From positions 5,084,001-5,148,000 of the forward strand of contig CM102284.1 of the NCBI GenBank assembly GCA_046563655.1: a stretch of DNA of 64,000 bases. Reading direction: 5' to 3'. Made by a program: the position numbers and the translations under genes. Origin of the DNA: Yuukianura sp. NJ FZ-2021 (taxonomy: Eukaryota). Of the stretch, positions 39,032 through 50,738 are shown one piece after another; within the stretch, counting starts at the first letter, position 1; every line of letters starts with the position of its first letter. The notes under the pieces are model-generated. The model had not been told where the DNA came from. It searched no databases and saw only the letters and a list, made by a program, of their open reading frames with translations.

Positions 39032-39771
39032 GATAGTTTTCCAGAATCTTGGGAATTTCGCCACGTTGGGCTTCATTCGTTCCGCAAAAATCTGCAACAA
39101 AAGATCGATACGCATTGAATGTACCTTGACACTGCCAGTACATAAGCAATAACTTAAACTCACTTCACAAAATGCGTTCTAAAAACGAATAAAATTGGCG
39201 ATTCTTTTAATCTGCTTAGGCTTGTGGCATGTGGCTTACCATTGATTTCACGTAGGAGTAGCTCGAGGTCGTCCACGAGCAATTCCTGTGCGTTCCGCAT
39301 GTTAAATTTCATTTGTACCCTCAACTCTAATTTAATGAGCTAAACTGATTAATATATAGTTTATCAAAAATGACCACTAAAAAACTAAAATGGTCATCAA
39401 AAAACCGGTTTCGAACAAAAACAATTTTGTTTTACACTTCGATTTCTCGCACTTTCAAAATTTTGACAATTCAAACTTCGCGCTTCGGGATTAAAGAATT
39501 TCTTAGGTATACTATTTTTTCTAGTAATTCCATTTGTTTTCAAATGTAATTATTTAAGAATTACTTCAAATTTAAACTAAATTACAGAGTAATTCAGTTG
39601 AGTTGACTTTTACTCAACTTAGTATGATTAAAATGCTTCGATTTTCAATTAGAAATACATTTTATTAGTATCACAGTAGTTCCTCAGTTGGAGAAAAACA
39701 TGACATGAGTAATTATTTTTGTTTGAATAAGTTTTTGAAGATTATTTTTTTGAATTAATCGTTTCGAAGAG

Positions 39772-41739
39772 TTACATTACAGTTCGGTAGCATTCGTTGA
39801 CCCGAGCAAGAAGGCTGTCCATAATGTCAATGTTACAAAGTCCATGTTTGATAGCCTTGATTTTATCATCGGTAGACACGTTTTCATACAACTCCGATTC
39901 TTTTCCATCAACCAAAACGCTTTTGGACAATTCAATTCCAGCAGCCGCCATTGCTTCATCCAAGTCTTGGTCTCCGCCCTTGTAGTGTGGATCTCGCAGT
40001 TCCATTTCCTGGAGGCGCTGAACATAATGTGCTTTAGTAAAATCCAGAGCACTTCGCAGCGGTGTCAGCATAAGGTTCTCAATTTTTGGCATTTGGTCCA
40101 TAATTCCAGACTTGTTAGTGCGACCATCACGAATAAGCAGGAAGCGGACAAGATTCAATGCTGCCATGAGCTGGTCATTCACTTCCAGCAAATCTGTCAT
40201 TGGACCCTCCTTCAGGACACAGATTTGCAGAAGTAACTTGGACAGATTCCCTCCCGAAAAATGAAGCTCCATGTCCTGCAAATCTTTTCCTTCTTTCTCC
40301 AGTGTCAGTGCAATGCAGTCCTTCAATTGGCCAATCATGTATCCAACCAATCCTGGATGACGGACTTTGATCAAAATGAACTGGAAGTAGACGTATCGTC
40401 CAGCAGGATCGAATTTCCAAAAGTAGGATTTGAGAATGTCGAGTGCCAATTCGCGAGTTTGTCGCACGTCGAAGTAGACAACAAGTTGCGTCAATTTTTC
40501 TACAAAAGTTGAGTAGATCTGACCCGTGAGGTATTCCATGTTGAGACGTTCTGTAATTTGCCGGATTAGCTTTTTAGCAAGTAAGAGTCCCTTCTGGATG
40601 GTCAAGTAATTCTGCTTGTCTTCAAGTAATAGGGCATTGATGAGCGGGAGAAGTAGACGAAAAATGTGTGTATGGGTGTATGGTTGCATTTGCTCAGCGT
40701 TGAGATTTTCGACGTAGATGAGATAGAAGTAGTTTGCAAGGGCTGTCTTCTGTAGAAAGTCAACTTCTTCTACTTCCTCGTCGTATTCAATTTCATCCAA
40801 CTCGGTCAACTCTGGTTGAGGTTGACACTTCATTTCAGTCCATTTCAACAAGAATGATCTGTCCAAGTTTACTTCCAGAATTTGTGTCATAATGCGTTCG
40901 GCAATACGACGAGCTTCGGTCTTCTGTTTCATACCACCCTCAGGAATCATTTGAGGCTTCTTCAGCGGCAATCGGCTTCGACTTTTTCGTGGAGTAATTG
41001 GACTTTTGACTTCAACTTGTGCTGGATCGCTTAAATCGAAGTAAATTAACGGACGACCCAGCAGGTTGATCAGGCATGTCTTAAGCACTCTTTCTTGTTT
41101 TCCAACTTCCTCCTTCTCGTCAGGGTTCCATGCAAGGGCTTGGTGTTTTGACCCGAATTCCTTGATGACTGGAACGTAGAAGGCGTAAAGTTCCTTGTAA
41201 AAGTCAAAGATACTGCGAACCATTGGATCGTTTTCGATGAGAAGTGATTCTTGGCCTTCAGTCAATTTGTTTTTCAGTGCATCTGGGAACTGGTGAAATT
41301 CTTGCAAATGCTTGGTGAAGAGATCCAGAGTCCATGAGTATGTTGCTGCTCGTTTCGACGGATGTTTGCTGAAGACAATTTGAATAGCTTTGAGAATGAT
41401 CACAAACTTTGGCGAATGCATGAATGTCTCCGCCTGAAAAAAAAATTCGGAATGAAGTTACGTTGATGACAAATTGTCTTTTTAAATTACCTGCTCTAAA
41501 GTAGATACAAGAGCAAGTTTTGGATTGTAGCAGCCACAAATGTAGTTCAGCATTTCAGAACAGGTCGAAATGTCATCAAATCCAGTAGCCCCTTGAAGGC
41601 CAACGTCACAAACTTTGGAAATGATATCCATCCCTTCCTGGTGGATGTATTTGGTGTTTTCTGGATTCGTTATTTCCAGAGCAGCCTTCTGGTAATCCTT
41701 GCCCTTCAAATATGACTCCACTTTCAGAACGAACTCCAT
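39772..41739 (-). CDS. GLMN: Glomulin (FAP68 / Ybp-ALF4 family; RBX1-binding cullin-RING ligase inhibitor)
   Basis: Exons 41739-41491 and 41433-39772. Motifs NPKLALVSTLEQ, GRY, DLLEVNDQLMAALNLVRFLLIRD, LTPLRSALDFTKAHY and IDIMDSLLARVNE match the glomulin pattern. Confidence 0.88.
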
Positions 41740-42454
41740 AGTTGCTCAGTAAGTTCCAGCGAGGACTTGTCTGCGAAACAACCAATACAATGCAATCCTT
41801 ACTACTTCAGATAAACTCAACTAAAATCTTTTTACATACTGGTTTTCATCTATCAATTTACCTTCCAGCGATCAGTTATTTCCGGTTCGTGTTTGTAAAT
41901 AAGGATACGGTATCCGATTCTTGTCCTAAACAAGAAGTAGCAGGAAAAAAAAACACGGAGCAATTTTTTTAAACTTTATCAAAATGATCAAATAGTACTT
42001 TCCTATTTACTATTTGAATTTGCCAATTACCGTAACCGTAGCCGTGACAATTTCGTGTATCGCTGAGACGTAAATCCAAATCGTTATTCGTTGTCTCCAC
42101 GCTCTCGAGCAAACGACGGACGTCAATGCTGCTTCAATTAACTAATCGAAGTTTAATTATCATCCAATAACGGAATAAAAAATACCGGCGAAAGTACTGA
42201 AAAATAATTCAAAAACATTTGACATTTACAAAGAACAGATGTTTTTGTTTACAAATTTACTTAAAATCAAAAACCCGGGATTTTCTTGAAGCTTGGTGCC
42301 TGGAATAGCCTAATAGATGACGCTGCATAAGCCACGCTGACTTTTTTGGTAACTTTGGAATTGCAAATTGCAACTTTTTGAAAGCAGTTTAAAAGATAGT
42401 AGTTTTTCAAATTTTGAATTTTTTTTATTGTTGCCAAATTATTTCTGCTAGATC

Positions 42455-44149
42455 TCACAGATCATCGTACTGATCAATATTGTATGCTGCTTTGAGTGCT
42501 GGTGGAAGAAGATGAGCAAACTGTGCAGTAAAATTCATACTCGGATACACCGGTTGTTCCGTAAAACGATTGTTTTGTAGCATTGGCGTTGGTGACCATG
42601 ACCTTTGGGCCAACACTGATTGACCTCTCAGTTGTCTGTCACCGCGAACTTTGAACTTAAGTTTTTCATGCATGCCTCCAATATTAACATCTAAGTCATC
42701 ATTGCTAGTCTTTTCAACAGTACTTGGTAAGAGTGTCCAGCTTGGAAGGTGATTGACCTTGACTTCCTCTGGAGGCGTGACCTCTGCAACTTCTGTCGCG
42801 ACCTTCGGTTTATCCTGTTCCTGTTTCAAGTCAAACTTGACTTTCGGTGTCTTCGGTTTCCGTTTTTTCGTTCTTTCAAATTTGTCGTTACGCAAAACAA
42901 TGCCCGTCGCAATTCCGAGTTTGACCCGTGGAATTTTCTTGCTTGGATTTAAAATTTGGTTTCTAGAAAGCAGAAGGGAAGTAAACAAGTTTTGTTTTTC
43001 AGGTCGAAGTTCATGTCTTGAAATGTTGAAAGGCTGAAACGTTTGGACAGGCGGAATTTCAGCTTCGTCTGCCGACTTGGTTGTGTTTTCCATCAAGCTT
43101 TTGAATTTTTGAAAAATGTTTTGAAAATAAGGTTTCTGTGTCGTTTTTCTATTTCCGGGTTCTGGAAGTCTCGACGTTGGACTTGACATGACACGTCCGT
43201 TTTCCAACTGATTTCCGTTTTCCTATGACAAGAAACAAAAAATCGAAACGTTCCATTTTCAAACTAATTTTCAGCTCATTCTACAAAATTTCAATATATT
43301 CTGTGGTAAAATTTTGAAAGAAAATTACCTGAGTGTCTCTACGCATTTTTTCAGAATGTTCAAAATTTCGTCGAACTTTTCCACCATGTTCATCCACTGC
43401 TGACGGAATCTGATTTTTGTAAAGCTTTCTCATTTTAGTCGGTTTGAAATTCGGATCTTTGCGGTACTGCTCAGCAGCACCGGAAAGCTGAGCATCTTCT
43501 TCATTGGCGTCTTCATCCGGACGAATAATGTCAGAAGTCGTCAGTGAAATTTCAGAGAGTGAAGCAAGTTTAGGCGTCCCTTGTGGCGAGTAATATCCGA
43601 ATTCGTCTTCCGTGACCTTTGACCTTCCCGTTGATTTCCTAAAGTTTGATATCTCTCCAGCTCCATATCCGTCGTCACTACTCTTCGCTCTCGCATCATC
43701 GAAACTCACAGTATGAAGAGATCGTTGACGTCGCAACGGTTCCCGACCTGCTCCGGAACGGTGACCAGCAACCCCAGATTCTGGTATGTCCAGTGTAGCT
43801 TTCGTGTTCACAGGTTTCCGCCATCTCCTAGGTCAAATTTGTCAAAAAATTACTATTTTTTTCGCTTTTGGGTAACTCATAGTACTTACACATCTATGGA
43901 AGAAGCCGAAGCGCTACACGACGAATAAGTAGACGAGCAAGACACTTCCGAAAGCTCCCGATTCCGATTGTACGAATGCCGTTGACGACGAACACGAGCT
44001 TGCAGCACTTGCCGCGATTCCTTCCGATTACTTCGGCGCGGACGTCTATCTCGAGTCAACAGGTACGAAAATGCACGCGTCACGCGATTCCCAAAATCCA
44101 AAAACCCACGTCGAATTGCACGCCGAGTTCGGTGTGCTTTGACTTTCAT
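42455..44149 (-). CDS. Uncharacterised basic, low-complexity protein (~508 aa, 3 exons)
   Basis: Exons 44149-43890, 43827-43329 and 43222-42455 join in frame across GT-AG introns. Arg-rich N-terminus; no domain recognised. Confidence 0.7.
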
Positions 44150-44472
44150 TTCAAGTTTGTAATTTCAAAAAATTAATTTTGAATTTTCAAAAAAAACGAA
44201 CAATATTTTTGAAGTAAAACTAAAAACGGTTAGATTTTATATTGCAGATTTAGATAAATCCTTCACCTCCACTTCAAATTTTACTTCTAAAGTTTGTGTA
44301 AACTATTTGCAGCTTACATAGTTTCGTACTTTATTGGTAGCTGCTATTTGCTGTGGTGACTTGAAAATAAATTATAATCTAAAAAACTTAAAATTCGTTA
44401 AAAAATCATTTTTCGAAAACTACCTTAGAATTTTTAATTTTTTCGGATTTTCAAATTTCAGTTTGTTGATTT

Positions 44473-46423
44473 TTAGTAGTTGACACAAAGTTGTTCCAAG
44501 TAAGGAATCATATCAAAGACACAATCGAACTTTGGCGGTGGCCCGCGTTGTAGTGGAGGTGGGGGCTTGGCGATATCTGGAGCTTTGGATTGGTCTACCT
44601 TCACACAAGCCTCCTTTCCAGGGGGCTTTGGTGTACATTCAGACAAATCCGATGGAACAACAGTATGAAATCTAAAATTATCAAAGGTCAAAGGTCATTT
44701 ATTTGAAAAGTGAGTGAAAAATGATTCAGAAACTTACTGCTCTCCAGCACCCTGTTCACCGCGGTACTTCGGTCCCAAGGAATACGCAGGCCCTTGACCC
44801 ATGAAACCCGGCAGATTGTAGCTCCCAGGTCCAGGCACCTCTGCGCTGTTCAACTCCAAGCCCTTCAGGCGTGACTTGATTTTGATTCCGATTTTTCTTA
44901 AAAAAAATGATTTGTTTTTAAAAGTGAAAATTTTGGAAATTTTTGAATTTTTTGTATCAGACCCACTTGCTCTTAAAAGTTCCATCCAATTCTTCTACTG
45001 GTTTCTGAATTATACAAAGTGGCCCTTGCAGTACTGTCTTGTCCTTTGGAAAATGTTGGCTTTGGATAATCGCTCCAGGCTTTCCTGCAGGTCCAAATCG
45101 TGTCAGCCCGGTCAGGTCAACCAGTTTCCCGGATCCGGAAGTTTCAAACCTGAACTTTGGCCTGTTGAAAACCGAAAACAGGCTATAGGCTTTTGTTACG
45201 TTGTTTAACACTGCTTATACTAATTGGTAGACCATTGCTGAACTAAAATCTACCGGCCTGTCAAGACTGCCACGGGTGAATTCGGACCAATTGCGGCACA
45301 CTCGCGTAGATTGAAGGCTCCTGGTCCTGGTCCGACACCCGGACTTGAATTCAAAAATTAGTAATTTTTAACATTAAAATGAAATTTTGATATTTGAGTT
45401 ATTAATATCTATTTACTCTTTGGGTGGTGCCCATTCACAGTCGCTGCAAAACTTTTTAGCGAACTTGGTCGCTGGCGGAGCTCGGAAAGTCTTTTTGGCG
45501 GGTTCCGTGATGTCGAAACTGGCTGGTCCAGAGTCATGGTCCATCGAGGTCAACGGAAAAGGCTTGAAGGTCAAGCTCTTCGGCGTTGGTTTTTCTGGGG
45601 TCACCCTAAAAATTACTACAGATAGGAAGTGTCACAATGGAACGGTTGTAATAACCACTTGGAACATCCGTTACATGTAAATCGGTCCTGGACTGCATGT
45701 GGCACTGCTCTGGTCTGGAAATTTTGCCGCAAGTGAGTACGCAGGTCCTTTGCCAATCAATGTTGGAAGGGCGTACTTTGGCCCTGGACTGTCAAAGTCA
45801 TCGGGGTCAGGCTCCAGCCAACGTCCTTTCATGGAAATTCCTATGCGACATTCGTCACATCCATCAAGGTCATAGGCTCCAGGACCTACAAAATTAGAGA
45901 AGTTTTAAAGAAACACCTTTTTTCGTTTCCTACTTTTGTAAAGATTTGTTTGAAAAATTCTTCAAAATTGTAAGAAAAATTTGAACAAAGTTTTAGCATT
46001 GTTGTTCTAACTGAATTTTGAGACAGACCTGGTTCTGAAATGTCCTTGACCTCTGGACGACCTCGCAGAACAGCAGTTGGTGACCATGCTTTTCCAAATC
46101 GTGTTAAACCAAATACATTTCGAAAATCTGGATCAAGTCCCCGCAGAGAATACTTTGGTCTATTCAAAAAATTGAAATTTTATCTTTCCTCTGATTTCAG
46201 TTGCCAAAATCTCTTAAGAATTATGTTTTTGCCTGGAAAGCACGAGAGCATGTGGCTTGTCTTTGCCAACTGTGCCTTGTTCATAGAAGCTGAATCCAGG
46301 AGAACTGTCTTGTAGCTTGACCTTTGACCCGTGTCGACCAATCAGAACTGCTTTGGGGGAACTGTACTTTCCGAACCGTGTGAAACCAAACGGAGCGTTG
46401 TTTGCTGTCTCTAGACTGGCCAT
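44473..46423 (-). CDS. ODF3/SHIPPO-repeat (CIMAP1-like) flagellar protein
   Basis: About eight short exons encode PGPGAY, SPGPKY, GPGPGAFN, PGPGSYN, GPAYSL and three [G/F]xTRFG motifs characteristic of SHIPPO repeats. Confidence 0.85.
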
Positions 46424-49400
46424 TTTGCATTAAAATTTCCAATTTCCAAACTTCAGAAGCTTCTAGCGAAGCGAAGCACGGTGTGGAACCGTTCCGTTAA
46501 ATTTCCGGTTCACGTCTCAAAATCACAAGCGACAAGCAGGAAGGAGGTCAAAAGGTCATGGTCACGCAGTCCCAGAATCAACAAATTACCAAAATGCTAT
46601 GTTTCCATGTAATTCCGCTGACTCTGCAATCCGAATTTCAGTAGATTTGAATTCTCTCAGAAAGCAATATGGTGTGAATGGAAAGGTGTGAAAGTTATCC
46701 AATTATTACGCAGGACATTTCACCATACTTTCCCATGTTCAGAAACTCAAACTGCAGAAAAATCCGAATTTCTGGATGAACTCCCGCGTCCCGCTGGGTG
46801 GTTGAGTGTTACTAATATGTCATGTGTCCCCTTGTGTCCAAATGACAATAGAAAAAGTGACACTTTGAAGTGACTAATGACTCCGGCATAGAGAAAACAG
46901 ACTTTCTTTTCAGTTTTCTCCCTCGAAATATGGTTTAACAGTTTACCATGTTCTTCTTGTTAGATAATCTAGCCCAACATTTAGTTTTTTTTGTGAATAA
47001 TTAATATAAATAAGTATATCAATACTGAACTTGAAGATTTATATAAGTTATATAAATCTAGTTTAAAAATTTAGCACAGAGAGTAAAAATTCTGGAAAAT
47101 TTTTTACATTATGACCTATGCAATTTCAGTTTCCCATGTTTTAACTTTATAGTTTACCTTTGCTAGAATTCAGTTGGTGAAATTTTGAAGTGGAGACTGT
47201 AATACCGTAATTTTCCAAGTAATTTAGCTCCTTTGCTTTGCTGTTGTTGTGAAAGTACTTCCAAGGCCAGAGGAATTAGAAGAATAATTGAACAAGTAAA
47301 TATTTAGAAGGAAGAAATTAGAAAAGTTGTTTGAATTAAGTTTATTTACCGAGTTCACTAAAAAGAAAGTCGTAAGAAGCCAAGGACTTATCCAGGGAGA
47401 CATTTAATTATTTCTTTGATGCAGACAACTTCTTCTTTGCAATTAGAAATTACAGCTTTCCTTTTCCTCTGATTCTGAAAAGTTTCCTGGAATGCACAAC
47501 TTTCTTAATCCCAAAATTACTTTTCTTTCTCCCCCAATTTCACTTTCTATTCATCTCTCTCTTCCAGAAAAGATTCCACAATGAAGTGGTTTGGCTGGTG
47601 ACTGTGAGATAAATATAACAATAATAGAATCTCTGATTTTGTTATAAAATTACTTGACGTCTTACTTTTGTTTACCAAAATTAATTTTGATTCAAATTCG
47701 ACAAAGTTTCCAAAGTCCTTAACTTATTCAGAAACCCACGCCAGAACATTTCAAGAGTTTTGTATTTCATCAGAAACAGTATAAAGTGCACCGAAATCTT
47801 GAAAATTTGAGTTTTTTTTACTTTCTTGCAAAATCTGAAACGAAGGAAACCAAAAATTCCAAGAAGGTGTAATTTTGAAGTGTCAAGCTTGATTTCACGT
47901 TTGCGAAAACGTTTTATGTCTTTTGGACGTTTTGCAGAGCAAGAAAATTTGCCACAAAATTGTTTACTGTGAAAATTGAACAATTTAGCGTTGGTTTGCA
48001 AATTATTTTGCAATTTATGAAGTATGTCTTGGTTATTAGATGAAATTCCTCAACTAACCAAAACCGAAAGATTAATTTTTACTGTAAACCTAACAAAGTC
48101 CTAAACCTATCCTTAGGCCAAATAAATTTTGAGGTTGAAAGAGAAAGTTGACTCTATTGAAACTTTCTTGCAAGATCAAATTCTTTTGTCACCACTTTTC
48201 ATCTGTAACTTTTGTACCCCTTAAGGGCCTTCTCCAGCCCTCTTTTATAATTAGTTATACTTGTGACTTTAAATTAATTTGTGGATTCTTGAGACTTGGG
48301 CTTTCTCACCTAACCTGAAGCCTTAGCCTAATCTAAACCTCAGAACTTAACATTAATTGAGTCTAATCTTTGAACCGAGTGAAGTGAAACCATAGATCTG
48401 CATTTCCCTCGCTTTCTTTCTTTTCTGAAAGTAACAAAGGTAATTTTGTGTGGGTATCGAAGGGAGAAAAGTCGTTAATTAAATTGCGAAACTCTAGAAG
48501 CCTCTAGATGGATCAGGTGGAAGTTTGGGTGCTGAAGCGATTAATTCCAGTCGCTCCTTCTAATAAAATGCGGTCACGCTCTTTCTCGTCTTCCTGGAAC
48601 TTCTCCAGGACCTTCCAGTCTCCTGGATAATGAGGACTTGAATGTCTTCAAAGTGAAAGTTCCAGCACATTGAGCACTTACACCTCCAAGTTCCGTCTGC
48701 TTTCTCCTTCTCTGTCCATAGGCAGAAAAGCGCGCGCAGCGTCACAAGTTTTTTGTTGAATTTAAATTCCTGTGGGGTCAGAGGACCATAAGGTATTTTC
48801 TTAGGGCCTAAGAAGCGTGTCTAATTGAATCTAATCGAGAGTTATGCGAAGCTTTGGACACAGTGGAGCCAGATGACACTTCAGAGGTCACATCAATTGA
48901 CCTCTGATTTTCGGCAAAGCTCTGGTTCACTTTCACTACAATAAGTTCAGCCAACAGAATTTCGGATCATGTTAGGTCATGCTAGGATTGCCGAGAGTTA
49001 GGTTTCCATAAAACTGTCAAATTGGGATCTCTTAGGATTGTTGGGTTACTGTTGATCTAAAACATTCGATACTTAAGGTCAGCCGAGGTCACTTTGGGCT
49101 CGAAATCTTTCAGCATTTGAAGAAGATCCGAAAGCGGAGTAGATCTTAATCGATGGTCATTTGAGAGTCGTTTACTGTCCGCAATATATCTTGGGAGAGA
49201 AGACACATTGAGCTCAAGTAGGAGGCGGACATGTTGTAAATACCACTCAAGCGGTAACCATCATGTCCGAAACGGGTAACCATCAACTACAATAAGTTAA
49301 GGGTTACGTTGGGGAGCTTGTTAGTTTAGAGGTGGTAACCATATTGTGCAAACCCTGCAAGTGGTAACCATCGACATTCGCCTATTGTTCAGAATACCAA

Positions 49401-50511
49401 GTAGCCTGACGCCGTGTCTCAGGAGACGCTTGAAAGTGGAAGTGGTGGTGAAAGGAGGATTACAAATTACGACCATATGGACTTTCACCATTACGGTATA
49501 TGGACTTTCTCCATAGGTTTCCCTAATGTATAGATCAAAATTCCATGTAGTAAAGAAACCCCAAGCTTGTTTAACTCGAAATTTTGTGCATTTCTTCTTA
49601 TAAGGTTATGTCAAAACTCCTGTTTTCAAATTTTCAAATTTTTTGAACCACACATCTGACGCGGTTCCGTTGCGTTAGGAATTCGAAATCAAAGCTATGA
49701 CTCAGCAACGTGAAATTTAAAAGATTATTGTGAAAATCAACAAAATTGGTACAAAATTCGTACAAAAGTTGTTTTTCTTGTTTTTTTTTGAAAATCGGAG
49801 TTTTGACATAACCTCTTACGCCATTTTAGTACAAATGGTCGCTATAGCAATCTTGAGGAAACCCCAAGGACTTTTGGTTAGTGAAGTACATGGATGGAAA
49901 CACCAAATTAACACAAATCTCTTTCTGTAAAGTCCAATTAAACGAACCACAAGATCTTATATGACGGAGAAAGCCGGGATTCATCGCTTCAAACATTCGT
50001 CAAAATCAGTGTTAAATTGTAAACCACAAGTCTCGGGCGAGACGAGACGCCTTCCCTTCAACACTCCTCCAACCGCCGCACTTTCTCCATTTCACTCTCT
50101 TTCGCTGAAGTTTGAAATTAAAATGAATTTTAAGTTTTCACTAAATTCGTTAGTGAAGATGCGAGTAAATTGGGGTAAATTCAATTACAAAATAAACTGC
50201 ATGCCTAAAATACTAAAAAAAATGAAACCAAAAAAGAATTTTTTTTGAAATTGAAAAATGCATAAAGCTGGTTTAAAAATTCGCAAGAATTTGTAGTTAC
50301 AGTTAGAAAGATTTCACAGCTCAAGTAATACGCTTCGTCTCGGATGAGCCAGCAAAAAAATAAACAAAGATGGGAAAGTTATTTATTTAATGGATTGATT
50401 AAATTAATTAAATTAAGTATTAGTGAATTATTAATTTAATTATACTTTTAATACGCGTAATGTTATAAGTTATAAAACTGGTTAAAAATGACACGTCAGT
50501 GGTCACGTTAC

Positions 50512-50525
50512 GTCGCCTTGGAAAC
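50512..50525 (+). promoter_or_regulatory. Candidate RFX X-box
   Basis: GTCGCCTTGGAAAC fits the X-box pattern and lies ~215 bp upstream of the ATG of a flagellar gene. Confidence 0.5.
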
Positions 50526-50738
50526 AAAAACCCATTTCGTTCCAAACGTTATTGTTTCCTTTTAAAATTTGTTTACTTTTTGGTAACCCGGAGAATTTTG
50601 CGTTGGAACTTTTATGGAATGTTGATAGATTTTGAATAATTTCGACATGATTTCTTAAGTTTTGTAATTATCGCTGATTAATTTAGCGCCTCGCTTTAAG
50701 AAATTTTGAAAACCTTCGCTTTTTTGTAATTATCAAAC

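Larger units (their letters stand above)
37970..39300 (-). pseudogene. Disrupted duplicate of PPP4R2
   Basis: ATG kept at 39300 and exons homologous to 34952-36447. Exon 2 is interrupted by a 531-bp MITE; exon 3 is truncated at the hAT-like element; there are several substitutions and a 9-bp deletion. Confidence 0.88.
36920..39792. repeat. Second unit of a ~4.4-kb tandem duplication (first unit 32534-36925)
   Basis: 36925-37270 repeats 32540-32915. 37970-39790 repeats 35668-36920 apart from one insertion. The junction carries the shared microhomology GTAGCA. Confidence 0.92.

Noticed and set aside
48560-48745. Cys-containing ORF (WRCKCSMCWNFH) as a possible zinc-finger or transposase relic
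   Set aside because: Short, spacing does not fit a motif I can name, and no supporting exons or termini.
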